From Raillietiella orientalis (lineage: Eukaryota), in the NCBI GenBank assembly GCA_036172245.1, contig JAYWIR010000192.1, forward strand, positions 1 through 34,567: a DNA stretch of 34,567 nucleotides. Reading direction: 5' to 3'. The position numbers and the translations under genes were made by a program. Positions 1 through 10,845 of this stretch are shown piece after piece (position 1 is the first letter of the stretch; every line of letters begins with the position of its first letter). The notes below the pieces were generated by a model. It was not told the DNA's origin. It ran no database searches and worked only from the letters and a program-made list of their open reading frames with translations.

Positions 1-9
1 TGGCGAGGA

Positions 10-1330
10 TTGCTCTTAGTCTGGTTTTCACGGCAACCCTTTTTGCAATGCGCAGTTCAGGTTTTTTTCCCTCCACCTTCCTTTTTTCAGTGCAAATTTG
101 CAGTGTTTGGTGATTTCAAATCATTTTCTATAATGTCGATTCCTTCGATGCGCTCCTTCCGAGCATCCGAACGATTTCCGTCCACTTTGGATGCCAATGC
201 ACCTTAATCACATCCCCACTTCATCCGAATCCCTTCCTCCACGTGAAGAAAGCATAAGAAAACCGACCTAATTTCAAAAGGGGAGGATTGGTCTTAGTCT
301 GGTTTTCATGGCAATCCTTTTTGCAAGCGCAGTTCAGGTTTTTTCCCCTCCACCTTCCTTTTTTCAGTGCAAATTTGCAGTGCTTGGTGATTTCAAATCA
401 TTTTCTATGATGTCGATTCCTTCGATGCGCTCCTTCCGAGCATCCGAACGATTTCCGTCCACTTTGGATGCCAATGCACCTTAATCACATCCCCACTACA
501 TCCGAATCCCTTCCTCCACGAGAAGATATCATAAGAGAACCGACCTTATTTCAAGAGGGGAGGATTAGTCTTAGTCTGGTTTTCAAAGCAACCATTTTTG
601 CAATGTACAGATCAAGTTTTTTTCCATCCACCTTTCTATTTTCAGGGCAAATTTGCAGTGCTTGGTGATTTCAAATCATTTTCTATGATGTCCATTCCAT
701 CGATGCGCTCCTTCCGAGCATCCGAACGGTTTCCGTCCACTTTGGATGCAAATGCACCTTAATCACATCCGGACTTCTTCCGAATCCCTTGCTCCACGAG
801 AAGAAATCATACGAGAACCCAACTAATTTCAAGTTGGGAGGATTGGTCTTAGTCTGGTTTTCATGGCAACCCTTTTTGCAATGCGCAGTTCAGGTTTATT
901 TCCCTCCACCTTCCTTTTTTCAGTGCAAATTTGCAGTGTTTGGTGATTTCAAATCATTTTCTATGATGTCGATTCCTTCGATGCGCTCCTTCCGAGCATC
1001 CGAACGGATTCCGTCCCCTTTGGATGCAAATGCACCTTTATCACATCCTGACTTCTTCCGAATCCTTTGCTCCACGAGAAGAAATCATAGTAGAATCAAC
1101 CTAATTTCAAGAGAAGAGGATTGGTGTTAGTCTTGTTTTCATGGCAACCATTTTTGGAATGCAGAGATCAAGTTTTTTTCCTTCCATCTTCCTTTTTTCA
1201 GTGCAAATTTGCAGTGTTTGGTGATTTCAAATCATTTTCTATGTCGTCGATTCCATCGATGCGCTCCTTCCGAGCATCCGAACGGTTTCCGTCCACTTTG
1301 GATGCAAATGCACCTTAATCACATCCCCAC
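10..1330 (+). repeat. Multi-monomer block, copy 1 (~5 monomers shared with 3622-4940 and 12789-14110)
   Basis: Same ordered private variants: AAGCATAAGAAAACC, GCAATCCTTTTTGCAAGCGC (1-bp deletion), CCCACTACATCC, AAGTTGGGAG, CATAGTAGAATCAACC, TTGGTGTTAGTCTTG. ORF offsets 468/4080, 789/4401 and 1121/4733 are all 3612 bp. Confidence 0.9.
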
Positions 1331-2139
1331 TTCATCCGAATCCCTCCCTCCAGGAGAAGAAATCATAAGAGAACCGACCTAATTTCAAGAGGGGAGGATT
1401 AGTCTTAGTCTGCTTTTCAAGGCAACCATTTTCGCAATGCACAGATCAAGTTTGTTTCCATCCACCTTTCTATTTTCAGTGCAAATTTGCAGTGCTTGGT
1501 GATTTCAAATCATTTTCTATGATGTCGAATCCATCGATGCGCTCCTTCCGAGCATCCGAACGGTTTCCGTCCACTTTGGATGCAAATGCACCTTAATCAC
1601 ATCCCCACTTCATCCGAATCCCTTCCTCCACGAGAAGAAATCATAAGAGAACCGACCTTATTTCAAGAGGGGAGGATTAGTCTTAGTCTGGTTTTCAAAG
1701 CAACCATTTTTGCAATGTACAGATCAAGTTTTTTTCCATCCACCTTTCTATTTTCAGGGCAAATTTGCAGTGCTTGGTGATTTCAAATCATTTTCTATGA
1801 TGTCCATTCCATCGATGCGCTCCTTCCGAGCATCCGAACGGTTTCCGTCCACTTTGGATGCAAATGCACCTTAATCACATCCGGACTTCTTCCGAATCCC
1901 TTGCTCCACGAGAAGAAATCATACGAGAACCCAACTAATTTCAAGTGGGGAGGATTGGTCTTAGTCTGGTTTTCATGGCAACCCTTTTTGCAATGCGCAG
2001 TTCAGGTTTATTTCCCTCCACCTTCCTTTTTTCAGTGCAAATTTGCAGTGTTTGGTGATTTCAAATCATTTTCTATAATGTCGATTCCTCCGATGCGCTC
2101 CTTCCGAGCATCCGAACGGTTTGCGTCCCCTTTGGAGGC

Positions 2140-3200
2140 AAATGCATTTTAATCACATCCCCACTTCATCCGAATCCCTTCCTCCAGGAGAAGAAATCAT
2201 AAGAGAACCGACCTAATTTCAAAAGGGGAGGATTGGTCTTAGTCTGGTTTTCATGGCAACCATTTTTGCAATTGAAAGATCAAGATTTTTCCCTCCATCT
2301 TCCTTTTTTCAGTGCAAATTTAGAGTGTTTGGTGATTTCAAATCATTTTCTATGACGTCGAATCCATCGATGCTCTCCTGCCGAGCATCCGAACGGATTC
2401 CTTCCGCTTTGGATGCAAATGCACCTTAATCACATCCCCACTTCATCCGAATCCCTTCCTCCACGAGAAGATATCATAAGCGAACCGACCTTATTTCAAG
2501 AAGGGAGGATTAGTCTTAGTCTGGTTTTCAAAGCAACCATTTTTGCAATGTACAGATCAAGTTTTTTTCCATCCACCTTTCTATTTTCAGGGCAAATTTG
2601 CAGTGCTTGGTGATTTCAAATCATTTTCTATGATGTCCATTTCATCGATGCGCTCCTTCCGAGCATCCGAACGGTTTCCTTCCCCTTTGGATGCAAATGC
2701 ACCTTTATCACATCCCCACTTCTTCCGAATCCCTTGCTCCACGAGAAGAAATCATAAGAGAACCGACCTTATTTCAAGAGGTGAAGAATGGTCTGAGTCC
2801 GGTTTTCATGGCAACCATTTTTGCAATGCAGAGTTCAAGTTGATTTCCCTCCACCTTCCTTTTTTCAGTACAAATTTGCAGTGTTTAGTGATTTCAAATC
2901 ATTTTCTATGATGTCGATTCCATCGATGCGCTCCTTCCGAGCATCCGAACGGTTTCCTTCCCCTTTGGATGCAAATGCACCTTAATCACATCCCCACTTC
3001 TTCCGAATCCCTTCCTCCACGAGAAGAAATCATTAGGGAACGGACCTTATTTCAAGAGGGGAGGATTAGTCTTAGTCTGGTTTTCAAGGCAACCATTTTT
3101 GCAATGCGCAGTTCAGGTTTTTTTCCCTCCACCTTCCTTTTTTCAGTGAAAATTTGCAGTGTTTGGTGATTTCAAATCATTTTCTATAATGTCGATTCCT
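2140..3200 (+). repeat. ~4-monomer block duplicated at 15475-16535
   Basis: Private variants CTTCCGCTTTGG, CATAAGCGAACC and CATTAGGGAACGGACC occur in both copies. ORF offsets 2413/15748, 2543/15878 and 2969/16304 are all 13335 bp. Confidence 0.88.
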
Positions 3201-3343
3201 CCGATGCGCTCCTTCCGAGCATCCGATCGGATTCCTTCCCCTTTGGATGCCAACGCACCTTAATCACATCCCCACTTCATCCGAATCCCTTCCTCCACGT
3301 GAAGAAATCATAAGAGAACCGACCTAATTTCAAAAGGGGAGAA

Positions 3344-5270
3344 TTGGTCTTAGTCTGGTTTTCATGGCAACCCTTTTTGCAATGCGCAGTTCAGGTTTTT
3401 TTCCCTCCACCTTCCTTTTTTCAGTGCAAATTTGCAGTGTTTGGTGATTTCAAATCATTTTCTATAATGTCGATTCCTCCGATGCACTCCTTCCGAGCAT
3501 CCGAACGGTTTCCGTCCCCTTTGGATGCCAATGCACCTTAATCACATCCCCACTTCATCCGAATCCCTTCCTCCACGTGAAGAAATCATAAGAGAACCGA
3601 CCTAATTTCAAAAGGGGAGGATTGGTCTTAGTCTGGTTTTCATGGCAACCCTTTTTGCAATGCGCAGTTCAGGTTTTTTTCCCTCCACCTTCCTTTTTTC
3701 AGTGCAAATTTGCAGTGTTTGGTGATTTCAAATCATTTTCTATAATGTCGATTCCTTCGATGCGCTCCTTCCGAGCATCCGAACGATTTCCGTCCACTTT
3801 GGATGCCAATGCACCTTAATCACATCCCCACTTCATCCGAATCCCTTCCTCCACGTGAAGAAAGCATAAGAAAACCGACCTAATTTCAAAAGGGGAGGAT
3901 TGGTCTTAGTCTGGTTTTCATGGCAATCCTTTTTGCAAGCGCAGTTCAGGTTTTTTCCCCTCCACCTTCCTTTTTTCAGTGCAAATTTGCAGTGTTTGGT
4001 GATTTCAAATCATTTTCTATGATGTCGATTCCTTCGATGCGCTCCTTCCGAGCATCCGAACGATTTCCGTCCACTTTGGATGCCAATGCACCTTAATCAC
4101 ATCCCCACTACATCCGAATCCCTTCCTCCACGAGAAGATATCATAAGAGAACCGACCTTATTTCAAGAGGGGAGGATTAGTCTTAGTCTGGTTTTCAAAG
4201 CAACCATTTTTGCAATGTACAGATCAAGTTTTTTTCCATCCACCTTTCTATTTTCAGGGCAAATTTGCAGTGCTTGGTGATTTCAAATCATTTTCTATGA
4301 TGTCCATTCCATCGATGCGCTCCTTCCGAGCATCCGAACGGTTTCCGTCCACTTTGGATGCAAATGCACCTTAATCACATCCGGACTTCTGCCGAATCCC
4401 TTGCTCCACGAGAAGAAATCATACGAGAACCCAACTAATTTCAAGTTGGGAGGATTGGTCTTAGTCTGGTTTTCATGGCAACCCTTTTTGCAATGCGCAG
4501 TTCAGGTTTATTTCCCTCCACCTTCCTTTTTTCAGTGCAAATTTGCAGTGTTTGGTGATTTCAAATCATTTTGTATGATGTCGATTCCTTCGATGCGCTT
4601 GTTCCGAGCATCCGAACGGATCCCGTCCCCTTTGGATGCAAATGCACCTTTATCACATCCTGACTTCTTCCGAATCCTTTGCTCCACGAGAAGAAATCAT
4701 AGTAGAATCAACCTAATTTCAAGAGAAGAGGATTGGTGTTAGTCTTGTTTTCATGGCAACCATTTTTGGAATGCAGAGATCAAGTTTTTTTCCTTCCATC
4801 TTCCTTTTTTCAGTGCAAATTTGCAGTGTTTGGTGATTTCAAATCATTTTCTATGTCGTCGATTCCATCGATGCGCTCCTTCCGAGCATCCGAACGGTTT
4901 CGGTCCACTTTGGATGCAAATGCACGTTAATCACATCTCCACTTCATCCGTATCCCTTCCTCCAGGGGAAGAAATCATAAGAGAACCGACCTAATTTCAA
5001 GAAGGGAGGATTGGTCTTAGTCTGGTTTTCATGGCAACCATTTTTGCAATGCGCAGTTCAAGTTTTTTTCCGTCCACCTTGCTTTTTTCAGTGCAAATTT
5101 GCAGTTCTTGGTGATTTCAAATCATTTTCTATGATGTCGATTCCATCGATGCGCTCCTTCCGAGCATCCGAACGGTTTCCGTCCACTTAGGATGCAAATG
5201 CACCTTAATCACATCCCCACTTCATCCCAATCCCTCCCTCCAGGAGAAGAAATCATAAGAGAACCGACCT
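3344..5270 (+). repeat. Seven-monomer block, copy 2
   Basis: Nearly identical to 12511-14437 at a constant 9167-bp offset (3344/12511, 4080/13247, 4733/13900). Shared private SNPs: GGACTTCTGCCG, TTTCGGTCC, GCACGTTAA, CATCCGTATC, GCAGTTCTTG, CACTTAGGAT. Confidence 0.92.
3622..3899 (+). repeat. Representative 278-bp monomer
   Basis: Runs from TTGGTCTTAGTC at 3622 to the next TTGGTCTTAGTC at 3900. The + strand is pyrimidine-rich except for one purine-rich patch at the monomer end. Confidence 0.97.
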
Positions 5271-6230
5271 TATTTCAAGAGGTGAAGAATGGTCTTAGTC
5301 CGGTTTTCATGGCAACCATTTTTGCAATGCAGAGTTCAAGTTGATTTCCCTCCACCTTCCTTTTTTCAGTACAAATTTGCAGTGTTTAGTGATTTCAAAT
5401 CATTTTCTATGATGTCGATTCCATCGATGCGCTCCTTCCGAGCATCCGAACGGTTTCCTTCCCCTTTGGATGCAAATGCACCTTTATCACATCCCCACTT
5501 CTTCCGAATCCCTTCCTCCACGAGAAGAAATCATAAGGGAACGGACCTTATTTCAAGAGGGGAGGATTAGTCTTAGTCTGGTTTTCAAGGCAACCATTTT
5601 TGCAATGCGCAGTTCAGGTTTTTTTTTCTCCACCTTTCTTTTTTCAGTGAAAATTTGCAGTGTTTGGTGATTTCAAATCATTTTCTATGATGTCGATTCC
5701 ATCGATGCCCTCCTTCCGAGCATCCGAACGGTTTCCTTCCCCTTTGGATGCAAATGCACCTTAATCACATCCCCACTTCTTCCGAATCCCTTGCTCCACG
5801 AGAAGAAATCATAAGAGAACCGACCTTATTTCAAGAGGTGAAGAATGGTCTTAGTCCGGTTTTCATGGCAACCATTTTTGCAATGCAGAGTTCAAGTTGA
5901 TTTCCTCCACCTTCCTTTTTTCAGTACAAATTTGCAGTGTTTAGTGATTTCAAATCATTTTCTATGATGTCGATTCCATCGATGCGCTCCTTCCGAGCAT
6001 CCGAACGGTTTCCTTCCCCTTTGGATGCAAATGCACCTTTATCACATCCCCACTTCATCCGAATCCCTTCCTCCACGAGAAGAAATCATAAGGGAACCGA
6101 CCTTATTTCAAGAGGGGAGGATTAGTCTTAGTCTGGTTTTCAAGGCAACCATTTTTGCAATGCGCAGTTCAGGTTTTTTTCCCTCCACCTTCCTTTTTTC
6201 AGTGAAAATTTGCAGTGTTTGGTGATTTCA
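5270..6230 (+). repeat. Dimeric higher-order repeat (~556 bp x2)
   Basis: The GGTGAAGAATGG...GTCCGG...GAGTTCAAGTTGAT...CAGTACAAA...TTTAGTG monomer (5289, 5845) alternates with the TAGTCTT...TCAAGGCAACC...CAGTGAAAA monomer (5567, 6122). Confidence 0.85.
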
Positions 6231-9200
6231 AATCATTTTCTATAATGTCGATTCCTCCGATGCGCTCCTTCCGAGCATCCGAACGGTTTCCTTCCCCTTT
6301 GGATGCCAATGCACCTTAATCACATCCCCACTTCATCCGAATCCCTTCCTCCACGTGAAGAAATCATAAGAGAACCGACCTAATTTCAAAAGGGGAGGAT
6401 TGGTCTTAGTCTGGTTTTCATGGCAACCCTTTTTGCAATGCGCAGTTCAGGTTTTTTTCCCTCCACCTTCCTTTTTTCAGTGAAAATTTGCAGTGTTTGG
6501 TGATTTCAAATCATTTTCTATAATGTCGATTCCTTCGATGCGCTCCTTCCGAGCATCCGATCGGATTCCTTCCCCTTTGGATGCCAACACCTTAATCACA
6601 TCCCCACTTCATCCGAATCCCTTCCTCCACGTGAAGAAATCATAAGAGAACCGACCTAATTTCAAAAGGGGAGGATTGGTCTTAGTCTGGTTTTCATGGC
6701 AACCCTTTTTGCAATGCGCAGTTCAGGTTTTTTTCCCTCCACCTTCCTTTTTTCAGTGAAAATTTGCAGTGTTTGGTGATTTCAAATCATTTTCTATAAT
6801 GTCGATTGCTCCGATGCGCTCCTTCCGAGCATCCGAACGGTTTCCTTCCCCTTTGGATGCCAACGCACCTTAATCACATCCCCACTTCATCCGAATCCCT
6901 TCCTCCACGTGAAGAAATCATAAGAGAACCGACCTAATTTCAAAAGGGGAGGATTGGTCTTAGTCTGGTTTTCATGGCAACCCTTTTTGCAATGCGCAGT
7001 TCAGGTTTTTTTCCCTCCACCTTCCTTTTTTCAGTGCAAATTTGCAGTGTTTGGTGATTTCAAATCATTTTCTATAATGTCGATTCCTTCGATGCGCTCC
7101 TTCCGAGCATCCGATCGGATTCCTTCCCCTTTGGATGCCAACGCACCTTTATCACATCCCCACTTCATCCGAATCCCTTCCTCCACGAGAAGAAATCATA
7201 AGAGAACCGACCTAGTTTCAAGAGTGTAGGATTGGTCTTAGTCTGGTTTTCAAGGCAACCATTTTTGCAATGCGCAGTTCAGGTTTGTTTCCCTCCACCT
7301 TCCTTTTTTCAGTGCAAATTTGCAGTGTTTGGTGATTTCAAATCATTCTCTATAATGTCGATTCCACCGATGCGCTCCTTCCGAGCATCCGAACGGATTC
7401 CGTCCCCTTTGGATGCAAATGCACCTTAATCACATCCCCACTTCATCCGAATCCCTTCCTCCAGGAGAAGAAATCATAAGAGAACCGACCTAATTTCAAA
7501 AGGGGAGGATTGGTCTTAGTCTGGTTTTCATGGCAACCATTTTTGCAATTGAAAGATCAAGATTTTTCCCTCCACCTTCCTTTTTTCAGTGAAAATTTGC
7601 AGTGTTTGGTGATTTCAAATCATTTTCTATAATGTCGATTCCTTCGATGCTCTCCTTCCGAGCATCCGAACGGATTCCTTCCCCTTTGGATGCAAATGCA
7701 CCTTAATCACATCCCCACTTCATCCGAATCCCTTCCTCCACGAGAAGATATCATAAGAGAACCGACCTTATTTCAAGAGGGGAGGATTAGTCTTAGTCTG
7801 GTTTTCAAGGCAACCATTTTCGCAATGCACAGATCAAGTTTTTTTCCATCCACCTTTCTATTTTCAGTGCAAATTTGCAGTGCTTGGTGATTTCAAATCA
7901 TTTTCTATGATGTCGAATCCATCGATGCGCTCCTTCCGAGCTTCCGAACGGTTTCCTTCCCCTTTGGATGCAAATGATCCTTTATCACATCCCCACTTCT
8001 TCCGAATCCCTTGCTCCACGAGAAGAAATCATAAGAGAACCGACCTTATTTCAAGAGGGGAAGAATGGTCTTAGTCCGGTTTTCATGGCAACCATTTTTG
8101 CAATGTAGAGTTCAAGTTTATTTCCCTCCACCTTCCTTTTATCAGTACAAATTTGCAGTGTTTAGTGATTTCAAATCATTTTCTTTGATGTCGATTCCAT
8201 CGATGCGCTCCTTCCGAGCATCCGAACAGATTCCTTCCCCTTTGGATGGAAATACACCTTGATCACATCCCCACTTCATCCGAATCCCTTCCTCCAGGAG
8301 AAGAAATCATAAGGGAACAACCCTTTTTTCAAGAAGGGAGGATTAGTCTTAGTCTGGTTTTCAAGGCAACCATTTTTGCAATGTACAGATCAAGTTTTTC
8401 TCCATCCACCTTTCTATTTTCAGGGCAAATTTGCAGTGCTTGGTGATTTCAAATCATTTTCTATGATGTCGATTCCATCGATGCGCTCCTTCCGAGCATC
8501 CGAACGGATTCCTTCCCCTTTGGATGCAAATGCACCTTAATCACATCGCCACTTCATCCGAATCCCTTCCTCCACGAGAAGATATCATAAGAGAACCGAC
8601 CTTATTTCAAGAGGGGAGGATTAGTCTTAGTCTGGTTTTCAAGGCAACCATTTTCGCAATGCACAGATCAAGTTTTTTTTTCTCCATCTTCCTTTTTTCA
8701 GTGCAAATTTGCAGTGCTTGGTGATTTCAAATCATTTTCTATGATGTCGAATCCATCGATGCGCTCTTTCCGAGCATCCGAACGGATTGCGTCCCCTTTG
8801 GAGGCAAATGCACCTTAATCACATCGCCACTTCATCCGAATCCCTTCCTCCAGGAGTAAAAATCATGAGACAAACCGACCTAATTTCAAGAGGGTAGGAT
8901 TAGTCTTAGTCTGGTTTTCATGGCAACCATTTTTGCAATGCACTGTTGAAGTTTTTTTGCGTTCTCCTTGCTTTTTTCAGTGCAAATTTGCAGTGCTTGG
9001 TGATTTCAAATCATTTTCTATGATGTCGATTCCATCGATGCACTCCTTCCGAGCATCCGAACGGTTTCCGTCCACTTAGGATGCAAATGCACCTTAATCA
9101 CATCCCCACTTCATCCCAATCCCTCCCTCCAGGAGAAGAAATCATAAGAGAACCGACCGAATTTCAAGAAGGGAGGATTAGTCTTAGTCTGGTTTTCATG

Positions 9201-10845
9201 GCAACCCTTTTTGCAATGCGCAGTTCAGGTTTATTTCCCTCCACCTTCCTTTTTTCAGTGCAAATTTGCAGTGTTTGGTGATTTCAAATCATTTTCGATG
9301 ATGTGGATTCCTTCGATGCGCTCCTTCCGAGCATCCGAACAGATTCCTTCCCCTTTGGATGGAAATACACCTTGATCACATCCGGACTTCTTCCGAATCC
9401 CTTGCTCCATGAGAAGAAATCATACGAGAACCCAACTAATTTCAAGAGGGGAGGATTGGTCTTAGTCTGGTTTTCATGGCAACCCTTTTTGCAATGCGCA
9501 GTTCAGGTTTATTTCCCTCCACCTTCCTTTTTTCAGTGCAAATTTGCAGTGTTTGGTGATTTCAAATCATTTTCTATAATGTCGATTCCTTCGATGCTCT
9601 CCTGCCGAGCATCCGAACGGATTCCTTCCCCTTTGGATGCAAATGCACCTTTATCACATCCCCACTTCATCCGAATCCCTTCCTCCACGAGAAGAAATCA
9701 TAAGAGAACCGACCTAGTTTCAAGAGTGTAGGATTGGTCTTAGTCTGGTTTTCATGGCAACCATTTTTGCAATGCACAGTTCAAGTATTTTTCCGTCCTC
9801 CTTGCTTTTTTCAGTGCAAATTTGCAGTGCTTGGTGATTTCAAATCATTTTCTATGATGTCGATTCTATCGATGCCCTCCTTCCGAGCATCCGAACGGTT
9901 TCCTTCCCCTTTGGATGCAAATGCACCTTTATCACATCCCCACTTCTTCCGAATCCCTTGCTCCACGAGAAGAAATCATAAGAGAACCGACCTTATTTCA
10001 AGAGGTGAAGAATGGTCTTAGTCCGGTTTTCATGGCAACCATTTTTGCAATGCAGAGTTCAAGTTGATTTCCCTCCACCTTCCTTTTTTCAGTACAAATT
10101 TGCAGTGTTCAGTGATTTCAAATCATTTTCTATGATGTCGATTCCATCGATGCGCTCCTTCCGAGCATCCGAACGGTTTCCTTCCCCTTTGGATGCAAAT
10201 GCACCTTAATCACATCCCCACTTCATCCGAATCCCTTCCTCCACGTGAAGAAATCATAAGAGAACCGACCTAATTTCAAAAGGGGAGGATTGGTCTTAGT
10301 CTGGTTTTCATGGCAACCATTTTTGCAATGCACAGATCAAGTTTTTTTCCCTCCATCTTCCTTTTTTGAGTGCAAATTTGCAGTGTTTGATGATTTCAAA
10401 TCATTTTCTATGATGTCGATTCCATCGATGCGCTCCTTCCGTGCATCCGAACGGATTCCTTCCCCTTTGGATGCAAATGCACCTTTCTCACATCCCGACT
10501 TCTTCCGATTCCCTTGCTCCACGCGAAGAAATCATCCGAGAACCGAACTAATTTCAAAAGGGGAGGATTGGTCTTAGTCTGGTTTTCATGGCAACCATTT
10601 TTGCAATGCACAGTTCAAGTTTTTTTCCTTCCATCTTCCTTTTTTCAGTGCAAATTTGCAGTGTTTGGTGATTTCAAATCATTTTCTATAATGTCGATTC
10701 CTCCCTTGCGCTCCTTCCGAGCATCCGATCGGATTCCTTCCCCTTTGGATGCCAATGCACCTTAATCACATCCTCACTTCATCCGAATCCCTTCCTCCAC
10801 GTGAAGAAATCATAAGAGAACCGACCTAATTTCAAAAGGGGAGGA

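Noticed and set aside
61..90. GT...polypyrimidine...CAG resembling an intron or splice acceptor in tandem exons
   Set aside because: Only 30 nt long. The GT is absent in the CAAGATTTTT subtype, removal leaves 248 bp (not in frame), and stops persist.
155..172. CENP-B box
   Set aside because: TTCG occurs, but the NTTCGNNNNANNCGGGN spacing is not met at the sites I checked on either strand.
155..235. Hammerhead ribozyme (retrozyme-type satellite): minus-strand CGGATGA...GAAA
   Set aside because: The core deviates from CUGANGA and I could not form stem II directly flanking the core motifs. An Rfam ribozyme scan would settle it.
10..287. Monomer as an ancient 2 x 139-bp dimer
   Set aside because: Internal repeated words (CATCCGAA ~58 bp apart, TGCAAAT ~100 bp, AAATCAT ~131 bp) have inconsistent offsets.
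3616..3689. Functional tRNA gene array
   Set aside because: The T-stem and anticodon stem do not pair properly and internal T-runs are present. It is kept only as a possible ancestral resemblance under findings.
10337..10611. Minus-strand hydrophilic ORFs (also 25592-25866, 29141-29356, 34259-34462)
   Set aside because: Open only in a few variant monomers, while most copies have in-frame stops. The composition reflects the purine-rich minus strand.
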